A stretch of DNA of 60,505 nt from a virus (IMGVR_UViG_3300031672_000001:1-60505), one strand, 5' to 3'. Shown: positions 1-10,234, counted from the first letter of the stretch. The notes: generated by a model not told the origin, from the letters alone. A program made the numbers and translations.

Positions 1-86
1 CACGCCTTCTTATCAGCCTCGTTTCCTGCACCGCCGATCAACTCGAACTCGCTGAGTGCCTCCTCTATCGGGTGGACCACTGTCAT
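1..86 (-). CDS. N-terminus of a phage hypothetical protein, runs off the window edge
   Basis: ATG at 86 with GAGGAG RBS upstream; reads MTVVHPIEEALSEFELIGGAGNEADKKA to the edge. Confidence 0.6.
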   Translation of the reverse strand, partial: MTVVHPIEEALSEFELIGGAGNEADKKA

Positions 87-100
87 CTCATCTCCTCGTG

Positions 101-463
101 TTATGCCGCGCGCTCAGCGACTGGAAACAGGTCGGCGTATGAATGGCGTACTCGGGCCAGCACATCTCCCCGAGTCACGCATCCGACACCCCTCAATCCA
201 CGAAGCATCACGGCAGCCATCGCTGCTAGCGGCTCCTCCTCGATCGAGAAACCGACACGCTGAGCCCAGACTCGTGCCTCATCGAACAATGAACGTGACC
301 GGGCTTCGAGTTGGGTTGGGCGAGCAGCGCGTTCACGGTCCCGGCGTTCTTGAATCTCCAAGTTGACGATGTAGCCCGAAGCTGGCAGTGGCGGTGGCAC
401 GGCCCAAAGCTCTCTCGGTCCCTGCTTGTGCCGGAACACAAAGTTAGTTGAAGGACCACTCAC
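101..463 (-). CDS. hypothetical protein
   Basis: 120-aa ORF; GTG start overlaps the upstream TGA at 460. Confidence 0.6.
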   Translation of the reverse strand: MSGPSTNFVFRHKQGPRELWAVPPPLPASGYIVNLEIQERRDRERAARPTQLEARSRSLFDEARVWAQRVGFSIEEEPLAAMAAVMLRGLRGVGCVTRGDVLARVRHSYADLFPVAERAA

Positions 464-1006
464 CGGCTCCCCCGATCAATAGTCCGCGATGAGCGTTGCC
501 GGTTGGGTCGCGCGCACACGCCACAAGCGTTGACTTCTTGGCTAGGTAGTTGCTGTTCTGTTAACTGTCTTCTGTTAACTGTGGGGGGCGTGACGGTCAC
601 GCTTCGCGTCATAGTTGCGTCACATTTCCGACCGTGACATCTACGTGACATTTTGCGCCCGTTCTCGTGACTTGCGGGCCGCTGCTGTAGGGTCCTTTGG
701 CTGCCATGTGGACCACTTGATGAACGTGGCCGAGATTGTCTTGGCCGTGCATCCGACATCCTCTATCAGTCCGCTCTCCACGATGTCGGCGACCACGCGC
801 TTGACTAAGGGGACCTTCACAAAGGACCTCCGCGCGACCGTGGTGTATGGCACGCTCACAGTGCCTCCGTTGTTGGTGAGCTTGGCAAGTGCTATCAGCT
901 CCTCCACGACCAAGGGACCACCCGGTCCGTATTCATCTCCGAGAACCTGTATGCGGGGGTCTGCCGTGAACCCAGCATCACGAGCGAACCAGACACGCCG
1001 GCTCAT
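460..1006 (-). pseudogene. phage replication initiator-like protein, apparently frameshifted at ~651-654
   Basis: MSRRVWFARDAGFTADPRIQVLGDEYGPGG...KWSTWQPKDPTAAARKSRER resembles phage replisome-organiser N-termini; stops at 641, while a plausible C-terminus (VTVTPPTVNRRQLTEQQ) continues in another frame whose TGA is coupled to the next gene. Confidence 0.5.
556..672. repeat. iteron-like repeats inside the replication gene (candidate origin)
   Basis: TTCTGTTAACTGT at 556-568 and 570-582; several CGTGAC/GTCAC motifs at 589-672. Confidence 0.4.
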
Positions 1007-1443
1007 ATCCGGTTGCCCTTGCTCAGGTTGCAGGCGGCATGGGCGAGTTGGAGGTTGCCGAGTGCCGTCGCGCCCCCAAGTGAGACGGGATGGACGTGGT
1101 CGATGTGTACGTCGTCCTCTTGGCCTATGGCTCGCGCGCAGAGCTGGCACACGCCAAGGTCGCGCAGGATGACGGATTCCCTCAGCCATGCGGCGATTGA
1201 TCCCCGTCGCTTGAACGGATCGTGCCCCCGACGCATGTGCCACTCCCACCACGCGCGCGATGGAATCTGAGCCAGCTCTAGGTTGAGCCACTGGGGCGGC
1301 GGGGTCGGACCGTCGGCTAGTCCGTTGATGCGTGCCTGCATCTCTGTGGGGAACGAGCTGAGCGGCGCGACGGATTGTCCGATCTCCCAAGGACTGCGAA
1401 GGTAGCCCTCCCATCTGTCGGCGATATCGGTGCATGGCATCAC
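1003..1443 (-). CDS. HNH endonuclease
   Basis: RDLGVCQLC...HIDHVHPVSLGG...NLQLAHAACNLSKG. Confidence 0.9.
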   Translation of the reverse strand: MMPCTDIADRWEGYLRSPWEIGQSVAPLSSFPTEMQARINGLADGPTPPPQWLNLELAQIPSRAWWEWHMRRGHDPFKRRGSIAAWLRESVILRDLGVCQLCARAIGQEDDVHIDHVHPVSLGGATALGNLQLAHAACNLSKGNRI

Positions 1444-1811
1444 GCCGCCTCCGACATCGGGTCATAAGCCGACAATGGAGCCAACTCGAACAGGCGAGGC
1501 TCGACGCTCAGCGAGCGGGTGGCAGCCTCTAGAGCCGCCGCATGGGTCTGTGAGACTGCGGCACCCCCACCAGCTCGCTCAACGTCGGGGCCTTCGACAA
1601 GTCGATAAATCTTCGTTCCGCTCCGCCAGCCGATGTCCTCAAAGAGGCAGTTTCGCTTCGTCTCCAAATCCTCGATACGTGCGGCTAGGCGAGTGATTGG
1701 CTTGCCGCCATCCACTACGTCTGGGCCAAGTAAGTCGGCTTGGCAGACGCCTCGGTAGGATCGGGAGGCCAGTAGGACGCGGTCCATCTGAGTGGGTTTA
1801 CGGGGCGTCAC
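1440..1811 (-). CDS. helix-turn-helix protein (HTH_39-like)
   Basis: TQMDRVL...ITRLAARIEDL motif; coupled start and stop. Confidence 0.55.
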   Translation of the reverse strand: MTPRKPTQMDRVLLASRSYRGVCQADLLGPDVVDGGKPITRLAARIEDLETKRNCLFEDIGWRSGTKIYRLVEGPDVERAGGGAAVSQTHAAALEAATRSLSVEPRLFELAPLSAYDPMSEAA

Positions 1812-2041
1812 CGACGCCTCCCGACGCGCTCGCCTACAGCGCGCTCGATAGCGAACCGCGCACCCGGGCCAGCCGCCTGCGCGACTGCAACCTCAATGTC
1901 CGCCTCGGTTCGGACGAGGGTCATCGTGTAGCCGTGGCACTTCTCCCAGCCATGCGCCATCGAGGAAGCGAAACTCGTGGTGCTCCTCCGCCCGCAGACC
2001 TCGCAGCGCAGGTGGGAGTCGCTTTGACCCGGAGGCGTCAT
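1808..2041 (-). CDS. small hypothetical protein with CxxC
   Basis: coupled ORF in the early operon. Confidence 0.55.
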   Translation of the reverse strand: MTPPGQSDSHLRCEVCGRRSTTSFASSMAHGWEKCHGYTMTLVRTEADIEVAVAQAAGPGARFAIERAVGERVGRRR

Positions 2042-2310
2042 TCGCTCGCGATTTCCCCTCGGATCGGGAGAATGACAGGCGCCGATGAGATCTCCTCACA
2101 CTTGATCGCCACCCAGTCGCCTGCCGGCTCCGTGATTTCTCCGGGCCACCGCGCGATGGCGGTGGCCACTGCGGCATACGAGTGATCGGCGTCCACCACC
2201 CCGACGAACTCGAGCGACGACGACATCTCGCCCCCGAAGTCCACCGCACCAGTGGGCTCACCGTCGGTGTCGAGTGCCCTCCAGATTGTGTATCGCATCA
2301 GTTCCTCCAT
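2038..2310 (-). CDS. hypothetical protein
   Basis: coupled ORF. Confidence 0.55.
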   Translation of the reverse strand: MEELMRYTIWRALDTDGEPTGAVDFGGEMSSSLEFVGVVDADHSYAAVATAIARWPGEITEPAGDWVAIKCEEISSAPVILPIRGEIASE

Positions 2311-2472
2311 TCGGTGTTGGTTTCGTCCCTAAGCGTCATCGTCCTGCGGCACGGCGGTCAGTAGGAACAGCGCGTCGAGCGCGTCGGCGGCCATGCCCAG
2401 CTCGTTCAAACGGTCCGTCCTCGCCTTCCCATTGCTCCACGGCGACGATCAGGTTTGCGCGGGTGTCGTCCA

Positions 2473-2961
2473 TTACGCTGCTGCCTCCTCGACTGGTTGC
2501 CATCTACGGTTCGTGATCCTGCGTAAAGCGGGGAACAATCCGACCGCTTCGACAGACCAGGCAATCGACTCACGCCAGTGGGGCTCCAAGTAGGGCGAGA
2601 GATCGAGCAGACCGTCATCGAACTCCCTGTGGTGAGTAGCTCGGCAGAGGGGGACGACAGCGCGGGGATCGTCGCCCGCTGCCGACGCGAGACTCCGGTC
2701 CACAAGATGTGCAGGATCACACGGCTGGCCGCCGCAAACGACACAAGCTCGATCCTTCACGAGCGCTCTCTGCTCAGACGTGGCGGGTGAGATCGCACGC
2801 CTAGCGGCTCGAGGCGGAACACGTTTGCTCCGCTTCGCTCCCCGCCGTTCAGCTTTACGTTGCTCTCGACGTTCACGGTCTTCGCGTAGGGAAGTCTTAA
2901 AGCGGTTCTGCGCCTCGCTTGCGGACGGTGGCACGTCGGGCTCGTCCTCTTGAAAGGTCAC
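2473..2961 (-). CDS. HNH-like nuclease (Ref/DUF968-like)
   Basis: CVVCG...DPAHL...VVPLCRATHHREFD; GTG start overlaps the upstream stop. Confidence 0.7.
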   Translation of the reverse strand: MTFQEDEPDVPPSASEAQNRFKTSLREDRERREQRKAERRGAKRSKRVPPRAARRAISPATSEQRALVKDRACVVCGGQPCDPAHLVDRSLASAAGDDPRAVVPLCRATHHREFDDGLLDLSPYLEPHWRESIAWSVEAVGLFPALRRITNRRWQPVEEAAA

Positions 2962-3380
2962 GACACACCCCGCTTTGCGGGAGCGATGATGGCGAGCAGC
3001 TTGCCCCGGCGAACCTTGGCAGCGAAGTGATGTGACTGAGCGGGGACCGACCCCATACGCCAACCACCCGGGCCGTGCATCTCGTCAGCTAGGGCGACAA
3101 GCTCGACGGAAACGCCGAAGTCGTCGGTCAGCGGATGGATCAGTGACGCGGACCCGTTATATCCGCTTTGCACGGGCTTACGAAGCCTAAGTGTCGGCCA
3201 GTCTAAGCACGACGCCATGGCCTGATCGATGGTTTCTTTCACCCTAATCTTCCCGGCGGGAGGCTTCCTGCGATGCCCGAGTTTGATCCTCCCTCGGATC
3301 AACGCGTAGGCTTGGATCGTGTCCCAGCCTGGAGCGACTTCCCACACGTCTAGAGAGCGGAGTAGAGATGAGCGCTTCAC
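2958..3380 (-). CDS. hypothetical protein
   Basis: coupled 140-aa ORF. Confidence 0.55.
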   Translation of the reverse strand: MKRSSLLRSLDVWEVAPGWDTIQAYALIRGRIKLGHRRKPPAGKIRVKETIDQAMASCLDWPTLRLRKPVQSGYNGSASLIHPLTDDFGVSVELVALADEMHGPGGWRMGSVPAQSHHFAAKVRRGKLLAIIAPAKRGVS

Positions 3381-3955
3381 GCTGCCCTCCTAAGTCCGGC
3401 GCCGGAGGCTTCGGCTTCGACACGCTGCGATTTGTAGCGGCGAGTGCGTTCCTTATTACATGTCCGGCATGCCTTTTTGCCATTGGGTTCGACGTAGGTG
3501 TTAGTCGCGTCGAACGGGTGGCCGTGCTTGCAGTGGGTCAGACTTGCCGCTCGCTCTACGAGCGTGCGCCTACCACGCGCGCGGTCCTCATCCGTGAAGC
3601 CATAGGCCGTGCCCATCTCGCGATGGACTCGCGCATGCTCTGCATGCCCGCTGAGCACTTCTAGGTTCTCGGGCCGATCGTCGCCGCAATCCAAGTTGAG
3701 ATGGTGGGCTATCTCAGATGGCAGCAGCTCGCGCCCAATCTCATTCCATGCGACGATCCGAGACCAAAGGTGGTAGCTACCATCGCGGCATCTAACCCCC
3801 CAACGCCCCGCACCGCATTGGAACCAAACCCCCCTAGGGCCGGGCTGGGCATGACTGATCGCCGCCCGGTGCGCATCCGAGAGCGGCCTTCCCCTCCGTG
3901 CCGCGCTGATCTTCGCTTTCGCCTCGGCACTTAGCGGTACGCCCCTCGGAGGCAT
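3377..3955 (-). CDS. NUMOD3/HNH homing endonuclease
   Basis: LSAEAKAKISAARRG (NUMOD3), AHHLNLDCGDDRPENLEV (HNH), THCKHGHPF...CRTC tail. Confidence 0.85.
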   Translation of the reverse strand: MPPRGVPLSAEAKAKISAARRGRPLSDAHRAAISHAQPGPRGVWFQCGAGRWGVRCRDGSYHLWSRIVAWNEIGRELLPSEIAHHLNLDCGDDRPENLEVLSGHAEHARVHREMGTAYGFTDEDRARGRRTLVERAASLTHCKHGHPFDATNTYVEPNGKKACRTCNKERTRRYKSQRVEAEASGAGLRRAA

Positions 3956-4377
3956 TACGCAGCGCTCCTTAGGCTAGCTCCCGATCCTTCACACTCAAGC
4001 TTGTAGGCGCTGAGCAGACTGCGTTGCGCCTCCATCTCGGCCTTCAGGGTGCTCACACGTTTTTCAAGGCGTTTGCGCTTGGATGAGAGCATCCGCTGTG
4101 CGCCGAGCATCTCCGGTGGCATCGCACGACGACCGAGACGCTCACGCATCGGCTCGGATGGCAGCTTGCTCCCAGCCTCACTCGCGTCCCACAAGCCGAC
4201 CTCGAACTCGTCCATCCAATCGTCGTAGAGCTGCTGGACTCCCTTGACTTCGGTCCCGTCACGGTCCCTGTAACCGTCGAGCTCGCGCGCAACCGTGTTG
4301 GCTTCCTTGGAGCGGGTATCCAACTCGGCGGCTATCTCGTCGAGACGCGCCATGCAAGTGGTCGCATCGGACATCAC
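3955..4377 (-). CDS. coiled-coil hypothetical protein
   Basis: coupled ORF. Confidence 0.6.
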   Translation of the reverse strand: MMSDATTCMARLDEIAAELDTRSKEANTVARELDGYRDRDGTEVKGVQQLYDDWMDEFEVGLWDASEAGSKLPSEPMRERLGRRAMPPEMLGAQRMLSSKRKRLEKRVSTLKAEMEAQRSLLSAYKLECEGSGASLRSAA

Positions 4378-4991
4378 TCGCCTCCCTTCAGCTTGACCGT
4401 GACGCGACGCTTGCCCTGCGGCTGCTCACGCTTCGCGGCATCCAAAGCATCGCTCGTGCCAGGCACCTTGCGAAGCGCAGCGATCGCCGAGGCGACCGGA
4501 GTGATCTTTGCGTCCGCGCGCTCGACCGTGACTGTCACGCCTGCAACCTCGATGGAGAGTGCCTGCTTGACCTTGCGAGCGATCTCACGCGGGTCAGCGT
4601 CCCACGGGACACTCAGCTCCAACACGACACGACGGTTGAGTGCTTTAGCTGCCGCGTCCGAACTGATCGTGGCAGCATCAACGAGGCCCTGTAGCTCCAC
4701 TTCGAGCAGATCCTCAGGGTAAGACGTGGTGCCGGCTGTCGGGCTCGCAGCTTTGATCTCCCAACGCGTCTCGCCGTCGTCAACATGTGCTGTCCAGCAA
4801 GCATCACGATCCAATCGAGAGACCAGCTCGTCGCTGACCACGCTCTCGGCTTCGGAGAGTTCCTGTCTGATGCCGTGAAGGTCCGTGACGAAGGCGGCGA
4901 GGCGTGCTGTCTCGGCAGTCCTCGGGTCCAGTACCTCGCCCGAGACCCGATTGACGACAGTCAGCTCCTGGCCTGTTGGCTCAGTGCTCAT
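4374..4991 (-). CDS. hypothetical protein
   Basis: coupled 205-aa ORF. Confidence 0.65.
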   Translation of the reverse strand: MSTEPTGQELTVVNRVSGEVLDPRTAETARLAAFVTDLHGIRQELSEAESVVSDELVSRLDRDACWTAHVDDGETRWEIKAASPTAGTTSYPEDLLEVELQGLVDAATISSDAAAKALNRRVVLELSVPWDADPREIARKVKQALSIEVAGVTVTVERADAKITPVASAIAALRKVPGTSDALDAAKREQPQGKRRVTVKLKGGE

Positions 4992-5914
4992 CGTCCCCTC
5001 CTTTCCCGCTCGTCGTCCAGACCATCGCTTGCGTCAGGTCGCTCCTCCAGGGGCTTGGTGAACTCCTCGGCTAGGGGATCGTCTTCAGCGGCGATCCGTT
5101 CGGCTTCCGCGACCCTTTCCCCCTCGTCGCCCTCCTCGTCACGCAGTGCGTCACGAACAGCCTTCGCTTGCTTCGCGGTATGTCCGATACCACGCGTCAC
5201 AGAGGCAGGGAGATACCCTCCCGCGTCCCTAGCGACCCATTGCAACACGTCATTGACACGCGCATCATCCGGATTGTTCAAGTCGAGTAGGAAACTGATC
5301 GCACGGCGTGCCTGAGCTACCTGCTCATCGAGCGCCGCAGGACCATACGGCGGTCCGGTCTGCTCTCGGGCGCCCGTATCGACCTCCTCGGCAGACACGG
5401 CGCCCATCCCGACAAGGCCGCTGATCGCACGGTTCATTGCGCGGGTAGTCGCCGTGGCGCGAAGATCGTTCTCTAGCTTCTGCCGTCCTTTCGGGTTCGC
5501 GAAGCGTTTCTCGCCAACGGAGCAGTAACCATCACCATCCATCAACCGACCGGATGGTGCGATCGCGCGAGCCCACACTTCCGCCCTGACTGGCTCGCCA
5601 TTCTCGTCGCGCTCCACATTGCTGCGGACGAGCTGTACATCGAGGTCGAACGCTGTCGCGATCTTGCGCCAGCCGCTCTTCTTGACGAACTTGTCTTTGC
5701 CGTCGGACTGATAGTCGCTCTCGTGCAAGAGCCGGGGTAGCAGTGCCTGGTACGCCTTGAAGCTCTCCACGAGTTCGCCCGCATCTAGGGGCTTGATGAC
5801 CTCGCTACGGCGCTCTCGCCGCACGAGTTGTGTGGACGCCTCAACGGGACTGACGATATCCACGCCGTCGTCCTCGGGCACGAGCTCCGCGTCAACGATG
5901 GGCTCGTCGCTCAT
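4988..5914 (-). CDS. putative single-strand annealing/recombination protein
   Basis: FVKKSGWRKIATAF...ATATTRAMNRAISGLVGMGAVSAEE resembles the phage SSAP core; acidic tail; early-operon position. Confidence 0.5.
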   Translation of the reverse strand: MSDEPIVDAELVPEDDGVDIVSPVEASTQLVRRERRSEVIKPLDAGELVESFKAYQALLPRLLHESDYQSDGKDKFVKKSGWRKIATAFDLDVQLVRSNVERDENGEPVRAEVWARAIAPSGRLMDGDGYCSVGEKRFANPKGRQKLENDLRATATTRAMNRAISGLVGMGAVSAEEVDTGAREQTGPPYGPAALDEQVAQARRAISFLLDLNNPDDARVNDVLQWVARDAGGYLPASVTRGIGHTAKQAKAVRDALRDEEGDEGERVAEAERIAAEDDPLAEEFTKPLEERPDASDGLDDERERRGR

Positions 5915-8844
5915 GCTCTGCTCCGCTGCTCACGACGTTGACGTTCAGACGCGAACTCGGATAGCTCGATCTCCTCGGCGAACGTGTCGGCCTCGGGTGA
6001 GAGGAGAGACTCAGGGCAGCGCCACTCAGTTAGCTCGACCGTCTCGACACGCTTGATCTTCGGCAATGCCGCGACAGCCTCAGGGTCAGGCCCCTCGATC
6101 ACGCGCTCTTCCGTGCCGACGACGACACGCTCACACACCTTCTCGCGTGGTGCGTACAGGGTGTGCTCGATCGTCGTACCCTCAGTGCCCCACTTGCGCG
6201 TCAACTCGAAGTCGTGCCCGTTGGTCCCCTTGATCCACTTGCCGCCAAACGCTCGCGCCGTATCTGCCAACTCCTCGGCTTCTACGCTCTGATGCGAACA
6301 GATGAAGCTGGGAATGCGCGTCTCGGGATGCGCTTCCAACCAGTCGAAATAGGCGCGGAACAAAGCGATTTTCGCTGCACGGCTCGTCGAGGGTGATAGA
6401 TTGGTCTGGCTCATTGAGGGCTCCTCTCCTCATGGGTCAAGCGCCCGGACGTTTGCTCGTCGCGGGCGCTACTTGATTTGTAAGTCGGTGCCAGTCCGAG
6501 CGCGCCGGCCATCACGAGCAGCTTCAGGCTCGGCCGTCGCCAGCTTGGGCGCTGCTCGATCCGCACTTCGTCCTCACTCATCCCGACACGCGGTCGAGCC
6601 AAGTTCGTCAAGACGGCCTTGCGTCGGAGTTTCATGACGACTCCTCCGGGGACGGGCGGTCGTACTCGCCGGGACCGATATCTTCAGTTGGAGCGTCGCC
6701 CATGAGCACCCGTGCTCTCATTGCGGCAAGCATCGCTACACCGAACGGGTGCGTCTCGTGATAGCCGCATCCACAGACTGCGGCATGATCCACGGAGAGA
6801 TCACCTGCGAGTTGCCTCTCGTCCAAAAGCTCCAGCTTGCCGCAGCCTGGCACTTGAAGCAGGACCGATCTCCCGTCACCTCGCCGGACAAGATGCAGCC
6901 GTCCCAGGTCGGTTTGTACGCTCGTGCTCATCGCTCACCCTTGGGTAGACGGTCCCGGAGATCCAATGCACGTTGCGCTAGCTCCGCCGTGTTGATACGT
7001 CGGCCGTCCCTCACGCCAAGTTGGTACGCATAGGCTGGGCAGCCCGGCAGATGCTCACCGCGTTCGGTAGGCATCGTCGGAGTGGTTGAAGCACAAGAAC
7101 AAGAAATCATGTCTCCTCCTTGGGTAGACGGTCGTGCTCATGGAGGAGGGCCTCGACATCGAGCAGGGCTTGATCCCGCTCAGGTTCGGGTCCCCATTCG
7201 CAGACCGGAGCCACTTCCAACACCTCTCGTAGTAGATCGTCACTGGCGTATACCTCTTCACGGGCAGCGAGAGCGGCCCGGTAGCCAGCCTCAATATGTG
7301 TGTACGGATCGCCAATCTTGGCGTAGGCGGAGTCGAGCGCCTTCATGTCGGCTGCCGTTAGCTCAGTAGACATAGAAATCCCCCGCGTGCCCGTTCTCAC
7401 GGCACTGTTTGCAGAAGAAGCCGCGCCGAGTGCGAACCATCACGTCTGGTTCGTAGTCGAAGTAGACGCCACAGCCTCTGCACCGAATAGGATCGCCGGC
7501 CGATGGTTCATCGAACTCACGGTCGATCATGTCCTCAGTGATCGGGATCACTGCTCAGCCACTCCACACGCTGCGAACGTTGGGTCTACCGTCTCGGACA
7601 CGACTGCCTGAACGTGTGCGTCGCATACGTAGCGATGACCCTTCAACCCGAGATCTACTAGAGCTGTCCATCTCTCTCGACACAAGCCGTATTCGCACAT
7701 GGCGGCCGTCCGCTCAGGCACGATGATCGCGGAATCAGCGCGTTTCGCTGCGACGCACAACGCTAAGACCTGCACGTAGACCATGAGCACTACAAGGCCG
7801 CTGATAGCCCAGATGATCCAGGTCATCGTGTATCCCACGGGTCAGCGATCACGAACCACAAGGCGGTAACGACGAGAGGGACAGCACCAGCTTCGATCGT
7901 TAGCGTCACGAGAGTAGGGATCAGGTCAAGCATCGTTCACCCTCCGCAGTGAGTAGGACAGTCCTGACTTTCGGCACAGTGATCGGGCCGAGCTCGATGA
8001 GGTGCATCCCTCGCAGGCGGCGGAGCACGTCCGTGCGCACCGTGTACTTGTCTGGATAGACATGCGACTGACCCCAACCACCCAAAGGCCACCACCAGAC
8101 ACGGTTGAGAGCGACCGCTTCAAGACCACGCTTCTGCGCTGGCGTCAACTTCACGGTGGAGGTCATGCCGACCCCTGTTCCACAACATCCAGCGCGGCGA
8201 GAGCAAGCTCGTACGGTGTGTCGTGACCGTGCAGCATGGACTCTTGACTGTGAGGATCGCCTAGCCAGTTCTCCCGGTTTGCCAAGTAGGCGAGCGCTCG
8301 TCTGTACCGATCACGCTCAGTTTCGAGGCGATGCAGTTCTTTCAGCACATCGCTGACGCCCATCACGCGGCCCTCGTCTCAGGGTGAGGGCCGACAACAA
8401 CATCGCCATCGAACGCGACAAGGATGGCTCCTCGCTCGACCTGGCCTTCGAGCAGGGCCATGGCTGCCGCGCGATCCGACGCATACGCCTCGAAGTCGCA
8501 TCCGTCGCCGCCGCCTTTGGAGCGCGGGTAGTAGGCGCTTACCCGGATCATGTCGCCCTCCGCTCAGCCATTCGCCTGAGCCTCTCTCCCGCCGACCGAC
8601 GGGTGGAATACAGGATCGGGTGATAGGAACCGTCAGGGAACCTTGCTTGCCACTTCGAGCCGAGCTTGCCTACTTGGCCGATCGGCATCACGACGACGCC
8701 CCGCCAATACACGTCGTAGCCCGCACCGTTGTTGATGTACGTGAGCACCGGCACTCTGCGGATCGCTCGTGCTGCTGGTGCTCGATGGCGTGTAGGTACG
8801 CGCACACCACTTGCGCCGATATGCGTTGAGCCTGTAGCGCTCAC
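5911..8844 (-). other. run of about 12 small translationally coupled early hypothetical genes (5911-6414, 6411-6635, 6632-6931, 6928-7110, 7107-7373, 7363-7551, 7548-7838, 7921-8166, 8163-8366, 8363-8551, 8548-8844)
   Basis: head-to-tail ORFs with 4-nt start/stop overlaps. Confidence 0.65.
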
Positions 8845-9071
8845 GCCGCCGCCCTTTCCGCATCTGGCCACAACTCGGCCGGTTCGACTCCTAGTACGCG
8901 AGCTATCTGCTCCCGTCGCTCCGGATTGGGGACATGATCCCCCCGCACCCACATGCCCACCTGTCGCCGGTCACAGTTGAGTGAGCGGGCCAACGAGGAC
9001 TGGCTGATCCCATAACGCCCCAGGGCTTCCCGGAGCGGGGTGAGGACTTCGCCTGCGAGTCGTGGGGGCAC
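8841..9071 (-). CDS. Cro-like XRE HTH regulator
   Basis: LREALGRYGISQSSLARSLNCDRRQVGMWVRGDHVP...IARVLGV. Confidence 0.85.
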   Translation of the reverse strand: MPPRLAGEVLTPLREALGRYGISQSSLARSLNCDRRQVGMWVRGDHVPNPERREQIARVLGVEPAELWPDAERAAA

Positions 9072-9161
9072 TGGACATCCTTCCGATAATTGCTTTGCCC
9101 TTCGTCCGATAACCGCCGTTCACGAACGAGTTCCTGCCGGGCCAGGGCATCTGACGAGAGG

Positions 9162-9191
9162 ACTATACTACATCCTTCCCACCCCCGTCAA
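9162..9191 (-). promoter_or_regulatory. sigma-70-type early promoter
   Basis: TTGACG-N18-TATAGT upstream of the cro-like gene. Confidence 0.6.
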
Positions 9192-9450
9192 GGGCGTTGG
9201 CAAGTCTGCGGGTTTCTACGGATAGACGGCTCGTGTATCCCGTTGCGAAAGCGCGAGTAGACGACGCCGAGCCCATCGACAATCGCGGCGGAGAGGCGTG
9301 CATCTGCGCCGCAAACCGCTCCCGAAGCTCCGCTGACGTTTCGCCGTAGCACAGCCCACGCACACTCGCGGCAAGCTCGTCAAGCCCCGGTCGCTCCACA
9401 TACACCGAAGCGGTCGTCTGTACGCTCGCATGGCCCATGAGGGCCTCCCC
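9163..9450 (-). pseudogene. C-terminal remnant of a tyrosine recombinase/integrase
   Basis: EALMGHASVQTTASVY matches box II (LGH...T..Y); the upstream R and HxxR motifs are absent. Confidence 0.7.
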
Positions 9451-9461
9451 GGAACGACAAA

Positions 9462-9491
9462 CAGGCCCTCCGCCGTGAAGCGAAGGGCCTG
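9462..9491 (-). terminator. intrinsic terminator after the RlpA-like gene
   Basis: CAGGCCCTTCGC-ttcacg-GCGGAGGGCCTG followed by TTTGTCGTT on the minus strand. Confidence 0.6.
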
Positions 9492-9564
9492 CTGAGCCTG
9501 CTGAGTGTGCGCCCAGGAGGCGAGGATGAAGCGGACGGGGAGCCGTACCCCGCACTCTGGGAGT

Positions 9565-10110
9565 CTACCCGACGCTCACCCAGACGGGTCCGACTCCGCG
9601 CGCAAGGAACCCGATCGCCCTCGCGGTAGCGACGGTGAGATCGTAGGAGCGACCGGCCACGTATGGTCCACGATCGACTACGGGCACGTCGATGCACGGT
9701 CCTCCATGTTCTTCGAGGCAGACCCGGACCATCGTGCCGCACGGCAATGTCTTGTTGGCGACGCCGAGGGTTGAACTCGTCAAGTCACCGCCACCACAGG
9801 CGAGCGGACCGCCGCTATCTGCGACGCCATACCAGGATGCGATGACCTGTTCGCGGGGAGCGTGATCTAACCGTTCTCGCGCGAGCTTTTCGTGCCAGTG
9901 CTGGACTCGAACGAAACAGGCTCTCGTCTCGCAACCCGTCCGTTTCCGGTGACGCCTATGCCGGTGTTTAGTCCGTGGTGTTGATTTAGCCTTCGGTCTA
10001 AACGATGCTTGATCTACACCGGGAGCACGAGCTCCCGCCGCAACAGTCGAGAACGACGCCAAGCACGCCAGCGTCGCGAGGATGAGTATGCGTAGACGAC
10101 GGATACCAAT
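9565..10110 (-). CDS. secreted RlpA-like (double-psi beta-barrel) lytic transglycosylase
   Basis: signal peptide; ASWYG...GVANKTLPCGT...VVDRGPY...YDLT; start uncertain (ATT/ATC after AGGAGG). Confidence 0.85.
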   Translation of the reverse strand: MGIRRLRILILATLACLASFSTVAAGARAPGVDQASFRPKAKSTPRTKHRHRRHRKRTGCETRACFVRVQHWHEKLARERLDHAPREQVIASWYGVADSGGPLACGGGDLTSSTLGVANKTLPCGTMVRVCLEEHGGPCIDVPVVDRGPYVAGRSYDLTVATARAIGFLARGVGPVWVSVG

Positions 10111-10228
10111 TGGCCTCCTGTCTCGTTGAGGCTCGGCTGCTTGCCGGCCCTTGCTCGATCGCCGGCACAGCACGATCCTTCCGCGTCGTCCTGACCGCAG
10201 GCAAGCTCTATACCGCCGGATGGCGAGG

Positions 10229-10234
10229 TACACT
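10229..10234 (+). promoter_or_regulatory. -10 box for a leaderless transcript
   Basis: TACACT 7 nt before GTG 10242. Confidence 0.5.

Noticed and set aside
641-1465. 274-aa ORF as called in the track
   Set aside because: The N-terminal part overlaps the HNH gene; the real start is probably the coupled ATG at 1006
8881-8891. GGTTCGACTCC, resembling a tRNA T-arm
   Set aside because: Lies antisense within the cro gene; no acceptor, D or anticodon arms
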